DNA of 62,494 nucleotides, the filler included, from Globobulimina sp. (taxonomy: Eukaryota): the NCBI GenBank assembly GCA_003354225.1. It is 28 parts of 28 records of this genome, joined end to end, with 100 filler letters (N's around TTAATTAATTAA, not from the genome) between each part and the next. Parts side by side here need not be neighbours in the genome. Positions count along the whole stretch, not along the records: positions 38,014 to 40,148 come from PIVH01008723.1; positions 40,249 to 42,383 come from PIVH01008724.1; positions 42,484 to 44,618 come from PIVH01008725.1; positions 44,719 to 46,853 come from PIVH01008726.1; positions 46,954 to 49,088 come from PIVH01008727.1; 23 more parts are not named here. One strand, written 5' to 3'. Made by a program: the position numbers and the translations under genes. The notes under the pieces are model-generated. The model made no database searches and was not told where the DNA came from. It saw only the letters and a program-made list of their open reading frames with translations. Positions 38,014 through 49,188 of this stretch are shown piece by piece (within the stretch, counting starts at the first letter, position 1; every line of letters starts with the position of its first letter).

Positions 38014-38694
38014 TAAAGCTTTTTTGTTCATGCTTTGATGATCACATATATATTCACCACTACTTTTAATCGATTCCAACATTTTATATAACTCAGTTAC
38101 TGAGCTGTCATGAAATATTTTATATATTGCTTGTGCTTCTTGTCGAGTGTCTATGTACAAACCAATCAGCAAATAAAAGAGGCAAAGACAGTAAATTGTT
38201 TGATCTGTTTTTGGTAAACGCTCTCGTAAATTGTATAAATGCATATATGTCCATATAATAAACGTTTTTGATTTTTTTTTCACCTTTTCAGAGATTATGA
38301 CTGTCGTCAATTTACTTTGTTGTTGTGATTTATTATTTGGTTCATCGAAGTGCTGTGGCTGCAGCTGTGTTAACTTCATTTTGTATTTTTTTAACTGTTG
38401 AATAATTTTTTGGATACCAAAATGATTGAGCATGAATGCAATCTCCTCTTCTTCCAAATATTCTAATAACTCATCTTTGGTTGCAATGGTTTGCACGATT
38501 TCCTTTAATTTTTGACAAAATTGTTTCCGTAGTTCGAAGAAATTATTGGCTAATAATTGAGGATGGATATGAAATTTTGGGGCATGTTGAGAATCAATAT
38601 TGTATATGACACAGTTGTCATTACCAATATATTTGTGGAACTCTTGACAGACACGGACCATTTGGAGTAATTCTGGTGTCTGTTTAGCCATCAA
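38014..38694 (-). CDS. Hypothetical protein, 3' partial
   Basis: Long ORF, probably reading through an in-frame intron. No domain recognised. Confidence 0.4.
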
Positions 38695-38902
38695 TTAAAA
38701 AAAAGCGTTTTTCAAGTGTACCCTAAACATAAACTATCTGAAATCTAAAAAAAAACCAACCTATCACTCCAAACCAATCGACAGGGAAAGTATACATAAA
38801 TATGTCATATACGTGAAATTAAATAATACTGTATGTGTTTCTGATTTATTTGATAGTATATACATTATTAGAATTAGTTCATAATTATATGATCGATTTT
38901 AT

Positions 38903-40039
38903 TCATGGCCCAAAGTTAGCTGCTTTGTGTTTGATGTACAGGTATGTTCCAATGGAAACAATGAGAAATCCACAAACTCGAAACAAATCCCACAAACTAT
39001 GCCATTCCTCACCATAATAATAACTTGGATTATCAGTAACCCCTAAAACAATATAATGCAAAGATAAACTTAATATCCATGTGATACTTGGCACAATCTG
39101 CATAAATAAATTCCGCGTCACAGCCGATGACATTTTGATGACCTCCATCTGAGATAAATTCTTGCCAAATATAGCCAATAAAAAGAATCCAAACCATAGT
39201 ATAAAATACGGATAATTAGCAATAAAGTGTAATGTATTTGGAATTTGTGGTATTAAATATAAAATTATCCCGATAAAGCCAGTAACAATTAGCGATGCCA
39301 GAGAGCGTACACCGACAACGAAAACAGATTTAAATTTCATTCGAACAAAAGTTTGTTCGTATTGGTTCCTGAGCGCACCCACAAAACCAACAGATAACAA
39401 CAACAATACGCCAACAACATGTGCCACAACCGATGCTTCTGTGCCATTGACATAAACTGGGACTACCACAAAACACAGACCCAAGCAAGTCAAAGTTATC
39501 CCAAATTGTTGCGCTTGGTTTAATTGTTTATGTTCAAACAGATATCTGAGTAATGCAGAAAAGAGAAGTTGCGATCCAGATTTTAGTATTGTGACAACCG
39601 GTGCTGGCAAGAATAATAAGGCAGTGTATCGACAGCCATTCATCCAAACATGACAGCAACCTGCGATAAAAAACGAGCTATAAATCTTACGATCAGCACT
39701 TTTCAATTTCATCCATTCTTTGCCCCCGCTCCATCCGATTAATATTCCAACTGAACAAATAGCAAAAGTGCCAAAGGATAATAACCATGCAATCCACAAC
39801 ATTTCTAAAAAGCCACTGGTTGGTAATGATTGATATGTTAATTTGCCCAGGAAATCGTTGTTTGCCGCACAGAATATCATTACACAAATTGTGATGTAAA
39901 ATACTATTCGCTTTCTGCCATCATTTAAAGGTCCATATGTCGACCGTCTGTGTTGAAATGCAGGCACTGTGTAATTAACAGAGGCTGCTTGGTTGATAGG
40001 GAGAACCTCTGTATATGGCTCTGCTTCTTTGGGCTTCAT
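38903..40039 (-). CDS. SLC35/nucleotide-sugar transporter-like (DMT) membrane protein
   Basis: About 10 TM helices, ILKSGSQLLFSALL, MSSAVTR, YGEEW, GFLIVSIGTYLY. Confidence 0.78.
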   Translation of the reverse strand: MKPKEAEPYTEVLPINQAASVNYTVPAFQHRRSTYGPLNDGRKRIVFYITICVMIFCAANNDFLGKLTYQSLPTSGFLEMLWIAWLLSFGTFAICSVGILIGWSGGKEWMKLKSADRKIYSSFFIAGCCHVWMNGCRYTALLFLPAPVVTILKSGSQLLFSALLRYLFEHKQLNQAQQFGITLTCLGLCFVVVPVYVNGTEASVVAHVVGVLLLLSVGFVGALRNQYEQTFVRMKFKSVFVVGVRSLASLIVTGFIGIILYLIPQIPNTLHFIANYPYFILWFGFFLLAIFGKNLSQMEVIKMSSAVTRNLFMQIVPSITWILSLSLHYIVLGVTDNPSYYYGEEWHSLWDLFRVCGFLIVSIGTYLYIKHKAANFGP

Positions 40040-40248
40040 GTTTTTAGAAAACGTTTCTTTGATGATATAATTAAACAATTAGTCAATTACAATAAGAGCA
40101 GTCAACACTGCGAATTCAAACAGACTGTACACTATACTTTGATAAACANNNNNNNNNNNNNNNNNNNNNNNNNNNNNNNNNNNNNNNNNNNNTTAATTAA
40201 TTAANNNNNNNNNNNNNNNNNNNNNNNNNNNNNNNNNNNNNNNNNNNN

Positions 40249-42383
40249 AATCGTATCAGACGTTTGCGGCAAACTGATGATAATGGAAGGTTTGTTCAAT
40301 TTGTGCATTGTCAGTGTATTGCAATCGTCCTCTTCCAACTTACACACTTTGTCCACCCATTTCTGGCTCGAGCTCCATTGCACAAATTGTTTATCCACCA
40401 ATTCTTTGCGAGTCGTTATGTACAGACATTTGCCATTTGGATAATCGCGCAACATTTTCATAATTGCAATTTCCGCCATGCTCGTTTTGCCGCAAAAGGA
40501 AGGTCCGCATAACAATATATTTGCGTTGGTATTGTACAAATGATTGAATATTTGCGTTTGAATGGGATTATAAAACGGAAACGAATCCGCATGGATACTT
40601 ATGTGCGGATTGTTGGTTGGCAGTGGTTGCAAATCCAAAATGTGCGTTTTCTGTTTGTATTTCTTGGGTAATATTAAGTGTCGAAAGGAGATCGGCAAAA
40701 TAGTGGTGGAACCCAACCATTTGTCCGACACAATTCGCACAAAATACTGCGGGATATTGATCTGTAAATGGTTGGAAATCGGAATGGTAAATGACAAATT
40801 ATGCGTGTTTTGGCAGTATTTCTTATACAAAATAAAGTATTCGTAATGTAATATGTATTCGCCATCGACATCTTCGACAATGATCCAAAATTGTTGCGAC
40901 GAGCCATGGTAAAAATCGTTCCATTCGAAGTCTATGTCGATAATGAGCTCAATTTTGATAATCGACGGGGTCAAAGGCTGGATCTGTCCGCATAATAATA
41001 GCTTTGGTACACAATGTATCAATTTATAAATATCTTTGCCCACTGCCGGCATTCCAATCAGTTCGCCGATTTCCGCTGAACTTAAATACAAAAAGCGGTC
41101 AAATGAAAACTCGCATTTCTCGATGCGCCGAATGATGGAATACGTCAATTTATTATTTACAGATTGAATGCCAAACTGTCGCAGCGGCGACTCGATGCTC
41201 CACTGTTTATTTAATATCATTTTGCAAATCGTCAGACATCGATAAGCCACATAGGCCCATCGTCGATGTAAACAAATCTCGAACAAAGCCCGCATTAATC
41301 GGGACGCAGACTGTTGAATGTAACACATATCCGATTTCAAAGCAAAGCCATCCAATGCTAAGCGGCTGATATATGCCTGTAATAAGACATTGATTTTACA
41401 GCTGCTCGACTCCACCGATTCCTTCATGGGAATGGCGACGCGGTCCAACAACTTCAACAACTCCGACTTCTCCCCTTCGCGCACCGAAATATACTTAAAT
41501 TCCAGACTCACACTAAAGATCTTAAACAATTCAATGTCGTTTATGATATTCACCGACAGCATCTCGCTGTACTCAAACATGCTGAGATACGACACATAAT
41601 AATACGAAGCGATGCGGCCCAAATCAGTGCTGCCAATTATTCCGCCACCAACCGCATCGTACATAATTAAGCCGCATTTCTGCAATTTCAACAACGCGGA
41701 ATGCACCAAATCGATCAACCGCTGTTGGATCGCATCCGCATTGTTTTCCACATTGTAGGTTTGCGGCGATTTCCTCATTCGAATGTTCAAATAGCTGTAA
41801 CTTAGCCATTCCACCGCCTCCTTCATCGACGAGATTGTTCCTAACACAATCTCCGCATTCAGACAATCCGGTAACTTCTGAATTAGCTGCGACTCGATCG
41901 GCAGCTGATCGTTTAACAGCGGCATATAATACGCCAATTCGCGGTGCGTTGTAATTAAGTACGCCTCGCCATATTTGTCGCCGGTGTCGGGCCGCCCCGC
42001 TCTGCCAAACATTTGCAAGATGTCCAACATGGACAATTCGCACCATTTCCCACGTTGACTGTTATAAATCTGCGTACCTCGAATGATTACGCAGTGTGCC
42101 GGCATATTGACGCCCCACGCCAACGTAGCTGTGGATACCAAGACTTTCAATACGCGCGCTTTGAACAAGTCTTCCACCAACATGCGGTCACTGCGACTCA
42201 TGCCTGCATTGTGGATACCAAATCCATAAATGAGTAGATCGCGCAGACTCTCATTCTCCGCGTCGCCTTGTTCCTGTTCTAAGATCTCTCGATCTGCGCC
42301 ATCCGCCGCCAAAACCAGTGATAATTTAGAATCGGTTTTGAATTTTTCTAATAGCATTTTAGCAGTGTTTCCGGTCTCTTTGC
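40249..42383 (-). CDS. BRR2: U5 snRNP helicase Brr2/SNRNP200 (Ski2-like), internal fragment
   Basis: GIHNAGM, STATLAWGVNMPAH, QMFGRAGRP, QLPIESQ, Sec63 domain (KINVLLQAYISRL), PQYFVRIVSDKWLG, then the start of a second helicase cassette. Confidence 0.88.
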
Positions 42384-42590
42384 NNNNNNNNNNNNNNNNN
42401 NNNNNNNNNNNNNNNNNNNNNNNNNNNTTAATTAATTAANNNNNNNNNNNNNNNNNNNNNNNNNNNNNNNNNNNNNNNNNNNNTTTTTGGAAAAAATTAC
42501 TGACTCACGGATGAGAATGAGGTTTTTCAGTGAGAAGGAGGTTTTTTTCATACACATCAAAAAAAACTTTATATCTTCTTACATCGCTAC

Positions 42591-44618
42591 ATGTCAACAC
42601 CGCAAGCATCACGTATCACTAAATTAAGTGAGGATGTAATTAATCGGATAGCAGCAGGCGAAGTTATTCAGAGACCGTCGAATGCATTGAAAGAATTGTT
42701 AGAGAACGCGTTAGATGCCGGTTCCACGCAAATTAGAATATTTTTGCGTGACGGCGGTATAACTGAACTCCGAATAGAAGACAATGGCGGTGGCATATTA
42801 GCCGAGGATTTCCCATTACTCTGTGAAAGATTCGCCACCTCCAAACTTGCTAAATTCGAAGATTTATACAGCATCGCCACCTATGGTATGTGTGCGCAAT
42901 TCCATTGTACTAAACATCCGCATTACCATCACTTCCATCACTGATTAGGGTTTCGAGGGGAAGCATTAGCATCAATTTCATTTTGCGCCCAACTATGCAT
43001 AACCTCCAAAACGCAAAATCAATCCTGTGCCTATCGCGCACATTTTATTAACGGACATATGTACGATCCGAACCAGCCCGATCTCGATCACAAACAAATA
43101 AAAGCCAGCATGGTCGCAGGTATGCCTGGCACGCAAATCACAGTGAAAAAGTTATTTTATAATATGAGTTTGCGACAGAAAGCGCTGAAATCGAGATGGA
43201 GTCAACAGTACAATCTGTGTTTACGTGTGGTTTCATGCTACGCCATACATAATGTACATTGTTCATTCGCTGTGCAAAAGTTGAGCGACAATGCGCCGCC
43301 TTCATTGGACTTGAACTGCAAAGCCAGGCTCAATAAAAACTGCAAAGCTGTGATAAAATGTATCTACGGCGGCGATATAGCGTCGTATTTGATAGATATT
43401 CATAAACAACATGACAAGATCAGGGATTTGGTGCTTGATGGCGTGATATCTAATTGTGACTTTGCGATGAATGTAGCGAGTTCTGCGCATAATAAAAGTC
43501 GGAATAAAGCGAAAAAACGCATATTTAATACGAATAATAAAATGGAATTGGTTTTGTTTATCAACCATCGCTTGGTGGAATCGCAGATGATTAAGAAAAG
43601 CATAATGAGTGTGTATGAGGATTATTTGGCGAAAAACCATCATCCCTTTGTCTATTTGTCGCTGCTTATCCCGGCCAATCTGGTCGATGTCAATGTGCAT
43701 CCAACTAAGAAAGAAGTGCGGTTTTTACATAAAGACCAAGTGCTGCAATTGATCCAGGATGCGATTAATGAGAAGTTGAAGGTTGAGAATGATTCGAGAA
43801 CATTCCATGCCCAGTCACTGCAACATTTTATGAGTCAATCGAATGTGAATACGGTCATTACGATGGGCAATGGCAATGACAGAGAGATACAGGAAACAAA
43901 GGGAAAGGAGGAGAGAGCGAATGTTGTGCTTAAAGAGGAAGAGGAAGCGTTTAATAATAGTAACAATGGCAAAGTAGGGACGCTTTTAAATTTGGATGAT
44001 TCTGATGAAGAGACGCAACCTTCGGATGATGATATGGTTGATATTGATGAAGGTGATGGTGATAATAATAATAATTCAATATCACCGCATGCGCCGTTAC
44101 GAAGATCGAGAAGACGCAAAAAAGCATTGATTTCAAATGTGAGTTATACGAATTTATCCGATATTAATATTAGTGAAATAAATATGGATGACAGCAGTCA
44201 TATAAATCATAACAACAATAATAACAATAATAATAGCAATCGAGTCAGAAAACGAAAGAGAAGTTATTCAGAGTTAATCAGTACTTCTGACGATGAAGAA
44301 ATTGAGCAACATATTGAACATAATCATTCGTTGAATATTAATTGTACTCAGTTTAGTTTTTCCGATTCCAATTGGATAATATTTTTGCTTTTTTGCTTTT
44401 TTTGAATGGTTAAGACCGATGGCACCAAATATTATCACTGTCGATTTAAACGAGAAAAAGAAATCAAAGAAAACCAGAAAATCAACCCGTGTTCGTACAG
44501 ATGCACAGCAATCCTCTTTGGACTATTATTGGAATAAGAATAAAAATGTCAGTAAACGCAGTAAACGAAGAAAAGTAACTGAAACAGTGGAGAAAAAGGA
44601 AGAGAAAATGACAGAATC
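42591..44618 (+). CDS. MLH1: DNA mismatch repair protein MLH1, 3' partial
   Basis: [44 protein letters not shown] across intron 42886..42948, [20 protein letters not shown]. Confidence 0.95.
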
Positions 44619-45405
44619 NNNNNNNNNNNNNNNNNNNNNNNNNNNNNNNNNNNNNNNNNNNNTTAATTAATTAANNNNNNNNNNNNNNNNNNNNNNNNNN
44701 NNNNNNNNNNNNNNNNNNCATTCTATTCGAGTCAAACAGAAACTAACCATTCTGTTTCTTTTTATCTTAATGTTATAGAATGTATATCTTTCTCATCAAT
44801 GAGAATGAGCACATTCCATGCTTTGTAAATAGAAAAAAAGTTCCTTTAAACTTCTTTATATTTTTACATAAAGTACTTCACTAAAATACATTGATGGAAT
44901 TAGCCATTCAATTTTGAAGTTTTTAAGTTAGTACTTACTTTCAGAGTTTTTCCTTAAGTTTCATTCCACGAAAAAAGATTTATTTAATCTTAATTTTATA
45001 TTCCAAAAATACGACAAAATTAATTCAAACAAAAATACCACAAAATATCTGACTTTTATTAAAAAATAAAAAAAAAAAAATAAGCAGAGCTTCATTTTTG
45101 TTTATAAAAGAAAAAAGAAACGCAACCTCTTCGTAAATAATAAATATTAATCCGAGACAATACCAAAACATATATTTGTTGAAATCATTAATTTGGCAGA
45201 ACGACATATATCGCATTCAATGCTACAGGAACTTGGAGAGTGACTGTATTAGAAAATAATTTATATTTAGTATTTATATTTACAGATAAAAATCAGACGC
45301 TTTATAACTTTTATCTCTTTCTGCAAACACCGAAAACCATAAAAAATTAAAAAATAAAAACTAAAAATGGTATTTAATAGTAATGAATTTTATAAATATG
45401 ATGGA

Positions 45406-46743
45406 TCATATTAAATATTGAATACCTGTCGGTGTTTGTGTTGGTGTTGCGGTTTTTTGTGCATTATTAGTAGCATCACTTTCTTTTTTCGAGGGGAAAT
45501 AAAACATTGTCCCATTTGGAGGATCATATATTCCATAATCACCATCACCATCACCACCACCATTGGCATGGCTTAACTGTGAGTGTATAGCGGGCGGTAT
45601 CATCATTGGCGAAGGAACTGCGCTATTTTGTTGCCGAATAATTGTGTCAATCCGCAATGTATTCTGCTGCACCCATGCTTGCAATGTATTTTCTCGTTTA
45701 TCCGACAGTTCTTTTCTAATTTCAGCTAACTCTGCTCTTAATTGCTTATTTTCCATACTTAACCGACTCAATTCAAATGATTCATTCTTATTACATGATG
45801 GCGATGGCGATGGCGATGGCAACGATGCAATGGGAGAATATCTTTGTGACACTGACACTGACACTGCATTGGGACCAGGACCTGGACCACGACGAGGACC
45901 ATAACCATAACCATTGCAATTATTATTATTATTATTCATATTCATATGATTCATATTCATATGATTCATATTCAAGGAGTTAAGACTGGTTTGATAAATA
46001 TTGGTGGCATGTTTTAAACATTTCTCATTTAATAAGGTAGCAATATTTGATCTTTTTTTGTTTGCTTCTTTTTTGTTTGCATTTGCTTTGTGTTTTTGTG
46101 TCGCATTTTGTTTCCATAGCAATAAGGTGTAGCCGTTGTTGATTGTAAATAGTTTCTGTTGCAATGCTTTGCTTTGCGTCAATACTCTGACGGGCAATAA
46201 CGGCGTCTCGCGGGTTCGCTCGAATTTGACGCTGCCTTTTAATATGGAAAGGATGCACTTATTATATAGACATTGTTGGATTTGGTGTACACGCTCTAGA
46301 TCTTTTAATTTGATTTTGCATTTGGATGAAATATTGCTTGTGAATTGCTTTAATTCATCGAATATTAAACACCAAAACTGTCCTAATGGTTTGTGTTGGT
46401 TTTGGTCTTGCCAACATTTGGCTTTTTTAAACCATTTACTCCAACAATCACAAATATTTTTGTCATTAAACCTCCGCCATCGCAGTCCTTTCCATTCATC
46501 TATTTGTTTATTAATCAATTCATGAGTTATTCTCATCACATTCTCAGCTGAAATGGCATACGCATACAATTCATTGTTTATTCCTGCCATTCCATACTTG
46601 TTTAATTCTTCTTCAATTACTTTTGGTATTAATTCTTGTGTAGCATCTCGACGTTTATCTACGGCGTCATACAATCGTTCCTTTAATTCTCTTCTCGATC
46701 GCTTATCCCATTCGGAATATCGTGGATCGGGTGGATTTGACAT
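45406..46743 (-). CDS. Hypothetical protein with coiled coil and dipeptide/tripeptide repeats
   Basis: 445-aa ATG ORF with NHM, GY, GP, SV, PS and GD micro-repeats. Confidence 0.65.
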   Translation of the reverse strand: MSNPPDPRYSEWDKRSRRELKERLYDAVDKRRDATQELIPKVIEEELNKYGMAGINNELYAYAISAENVMRITHELINKQIDEWKGLRWRRFNDKNICDCWSKWFKKAKCWQDQNQHKPLGQFWCLIFDELKQFTSNISSKCKIKLKDLERVHQIQQCLYNKCILSILKGSVKFERTRETPLLPVRVLTQSKALQQKLFTINNGYTLLLWKQNATQKHKANANKKEANKKRSNIATLLNEKCLKHATNIYQTSLNSLNMNHMNMNHMNMNNNNNNCNGYGYGPRRGPGPGPNAVSVSVSQRYSPIASLPSPSPSPSCNKNESFELSRLSMENKQLRAELAEIRKELSDKRENTLQAWVQQNTLRIDTIIRQQNSAVPSPMMIPPAIHSQLSHANGGGDGDGDYGIYDPPNGTMFYFPSKKESDATNNAQKTATPTQTPTGIQYLI

Positions 46744-46821
46744 GTTGTTTCTGACTCTGACTCAAGTCAACTAGTATTGTTTTCGAAAAGTGTTAAGTTA
46801 AGTATAGGGAACAAAGAATAA

Positions 46822-46853
<32 letters not shown>
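46822..46853 (+). repeat. (ATT)n microsatellite at contig end
   Basis: About ten ATT units directly before the linker. Confidence 0.9.
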
Positions 46854-46953
46854 NNNNNNNNNNNNNNNNNNNNNNNNNNNNNNNNNNNNNNNNNNNNTTA
46901 ATTAATTAANNNNNNNNNNNNNNNNNNNNNNNNNNNNNNNNNNNNNNNNNNNN

Positions 46954-48157
46954 AATAGCTGTTGAATGGAATACAATGCGGTTATTTCTGACGAGATATT
47001 ATGAAAATATACATACGGAAATACATTCAGTGTATATAAATCAAACACATTTATTTTATGTATTAAACATTAATATTATAAATGGAACAATTTTTGATAT
47101 AAAATTGAATAATATTCAATATATATTATTTAATGATGATAACATATTTGCACAAAGTGATTTTTCCGGATTTATTGGGCTACAAAATTATAATTTATTT
47201 ATTCATTCAAAGTCGTTGTATGTCTCAGGTTCTCCATTATCTATTTTTGATTCAACAGATATTATTTCTAAATTTGGCGAATGTCCATTATCGACAACAT
47301 TACAGCCAACATCTGATCCAACAATTCTTTCACATAAAATATGTATTAATATTATGTTTGAATATGATTCAATCATAAAAACGGATACAAGTAATATTAC
47401 ACAACATATTTTACACATTATTAATGATACAAATTGTGTACAATTACAAACCGCTGTTAACGTTTCTGCAATGGATAAACAAATAAGAATTACATCCGAT
47501 GAGTTATTTGTTTGTAGAAATAATACAAAGCAAATATTAACACATTACATACAAAATATTGATGGTGTATCAAAGTTGGAGATATCACAACATTGTTCGT
47601 TATTATTATTTCAAAGAACAACAGAAAATACAAAACCAGTGATATTATCATATAAATTTACAAATTTATACGTTACGATTGTTGTTTTTATATTTATCTG
47701 TTGTTTATTTGCATTTTGTGTAATATACGGATCAAATAAATCGCAAAACATTAAGAATGAAGATGAAAGAAAAATGATGACAGCGAATTTATCACACACA
47801 GCCACAGGGAACCAAGATTCATTTACAATGAGTGTCAATACATTAGCGTACATTGACAGCAATGATAAAGAGAAGCATGTACGTGATGTATCTGATGATT
47901 CTGATCATGTACATTGCAATTCATGCTTGCAAGATATAAGCAAACAATACATATTAACAACAATTAAGAGAAATGTAGTAATTACGCGCCATGTGGATTA
48001 TATAAATCAACATTCAGCATTAAATAGTGATGATGATAATACTAGTTATTCTGATTCTAATTCTGATTTTAGGCTGGATAAATTGAATGATAGTCCCACT
48101 GTTAGTGATATTGTTGATGATAAATGTGTATACGAAGACAGTTCATTTGAGTTATGA
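46954..48157 (+). CDS. Single-pass membrane protein, likely 5' partial
   Basis: PTSDPT linker, one TM (YVTIVVFIFICCLFAFCVIY) and an acidic tail. Confidence 0.55.
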
Positions 48158-48465
48158 TTAATTTTACTGTCAGATGACTCATGACTAGCTATATAGGGCA
48201 GAGGGGTTCAAATTAATTTGTATATTGTTAAATCATTTTGGGTGAGATTTTTTCAATTGGTACGATGTGCCTATCAAACTCTTGTATATCCGCTGTGTGC
48301 TACATTCTCTTGCATCTTCCCCGTACACCTGCAGTTTGTTCTAATTTTTGAATTTTCCTTCGTGACTTATGCATTTTACATCTACGTAAAGCGTAATCTA
48401 AGAATAGTTGAGTTTGATGAAAAAAAAAACACAGCTGCGAACCAAAATATTTATTTAAGCTGCTA

Positions 48466-49088
48466 ATGGGGAATGAACAAAGCTCTGTTGATTTGGATGT
48501 ATCTGGATTTACATTTCCTGGTGTTGCAGTTGACAATATTGGTAAATCCAAAGAGTCTGAATTTGAATTCTCTCAAAATGCAGTGACTGATGTAAATTTA
48601 ATTGAATGCGGAAATTATTATTTAATTCCATCAAATCTGGATCCAAATAAGGATAAAACTGTTATCAAAATTGTGGCGATCTCAGATACACATGGCGATC
48701 ATAGTGAACTTGACAATACCTATAAAATGCCAGCGGCAGATATATTGATACATTGTGGTGATTTCTCAAATAACGGCAGACTTAAAAGTATTAAAGAATA
48801 TAACCAATGGATTGGAGATTTGATACACAAATATAAAAAATATAAATATGCAATTTTGATTGCTGGCAATCATGACGTTACATTGGATAAAGCTTTTTAT
48901 GATAAAACAGCACATAAATGGGGCAAAATACAGGATTTATCTGAATGTAATAAGTATGCAATGAATGGAAATAGTGTATATTTACAAAATGAAACAGTAA
49001 CACTTTGTGGAATAACTTTTTATGGTTCGCCATATCAGCCAGAATTTTGTGATTGGGCATTTCAATTAAAACGTGGCAGTGAATTAAG
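48466..49088 (+). CDS. Metallophosphoesterase (MPPED1/2-like), 3' partial
   Basis: ISDTH, HCGDFS, IAGNHD, YLQ, FYGSPYQP..WAF. Starts MGNEQS (myristoylation-like). Confidence 0.9.
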
Positions 49089-49188
49089 NNNNNNNNNNNN
49101 NNNNNNNNNNNNNNNNNNNNNNNNNNNNNNNNTTAATTAATTAANNNNNNNNNNNNNNNNNNNNNNNNNNNNNNNNNNNNNNNNNNNN

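Noticed and set aside
356-48181. TGACTCA (AP-1-like) motif near several gene starts
   Set aside because: A rough base-composition estimate predicts about as many copies as I saw, and some fall in coding sequence.
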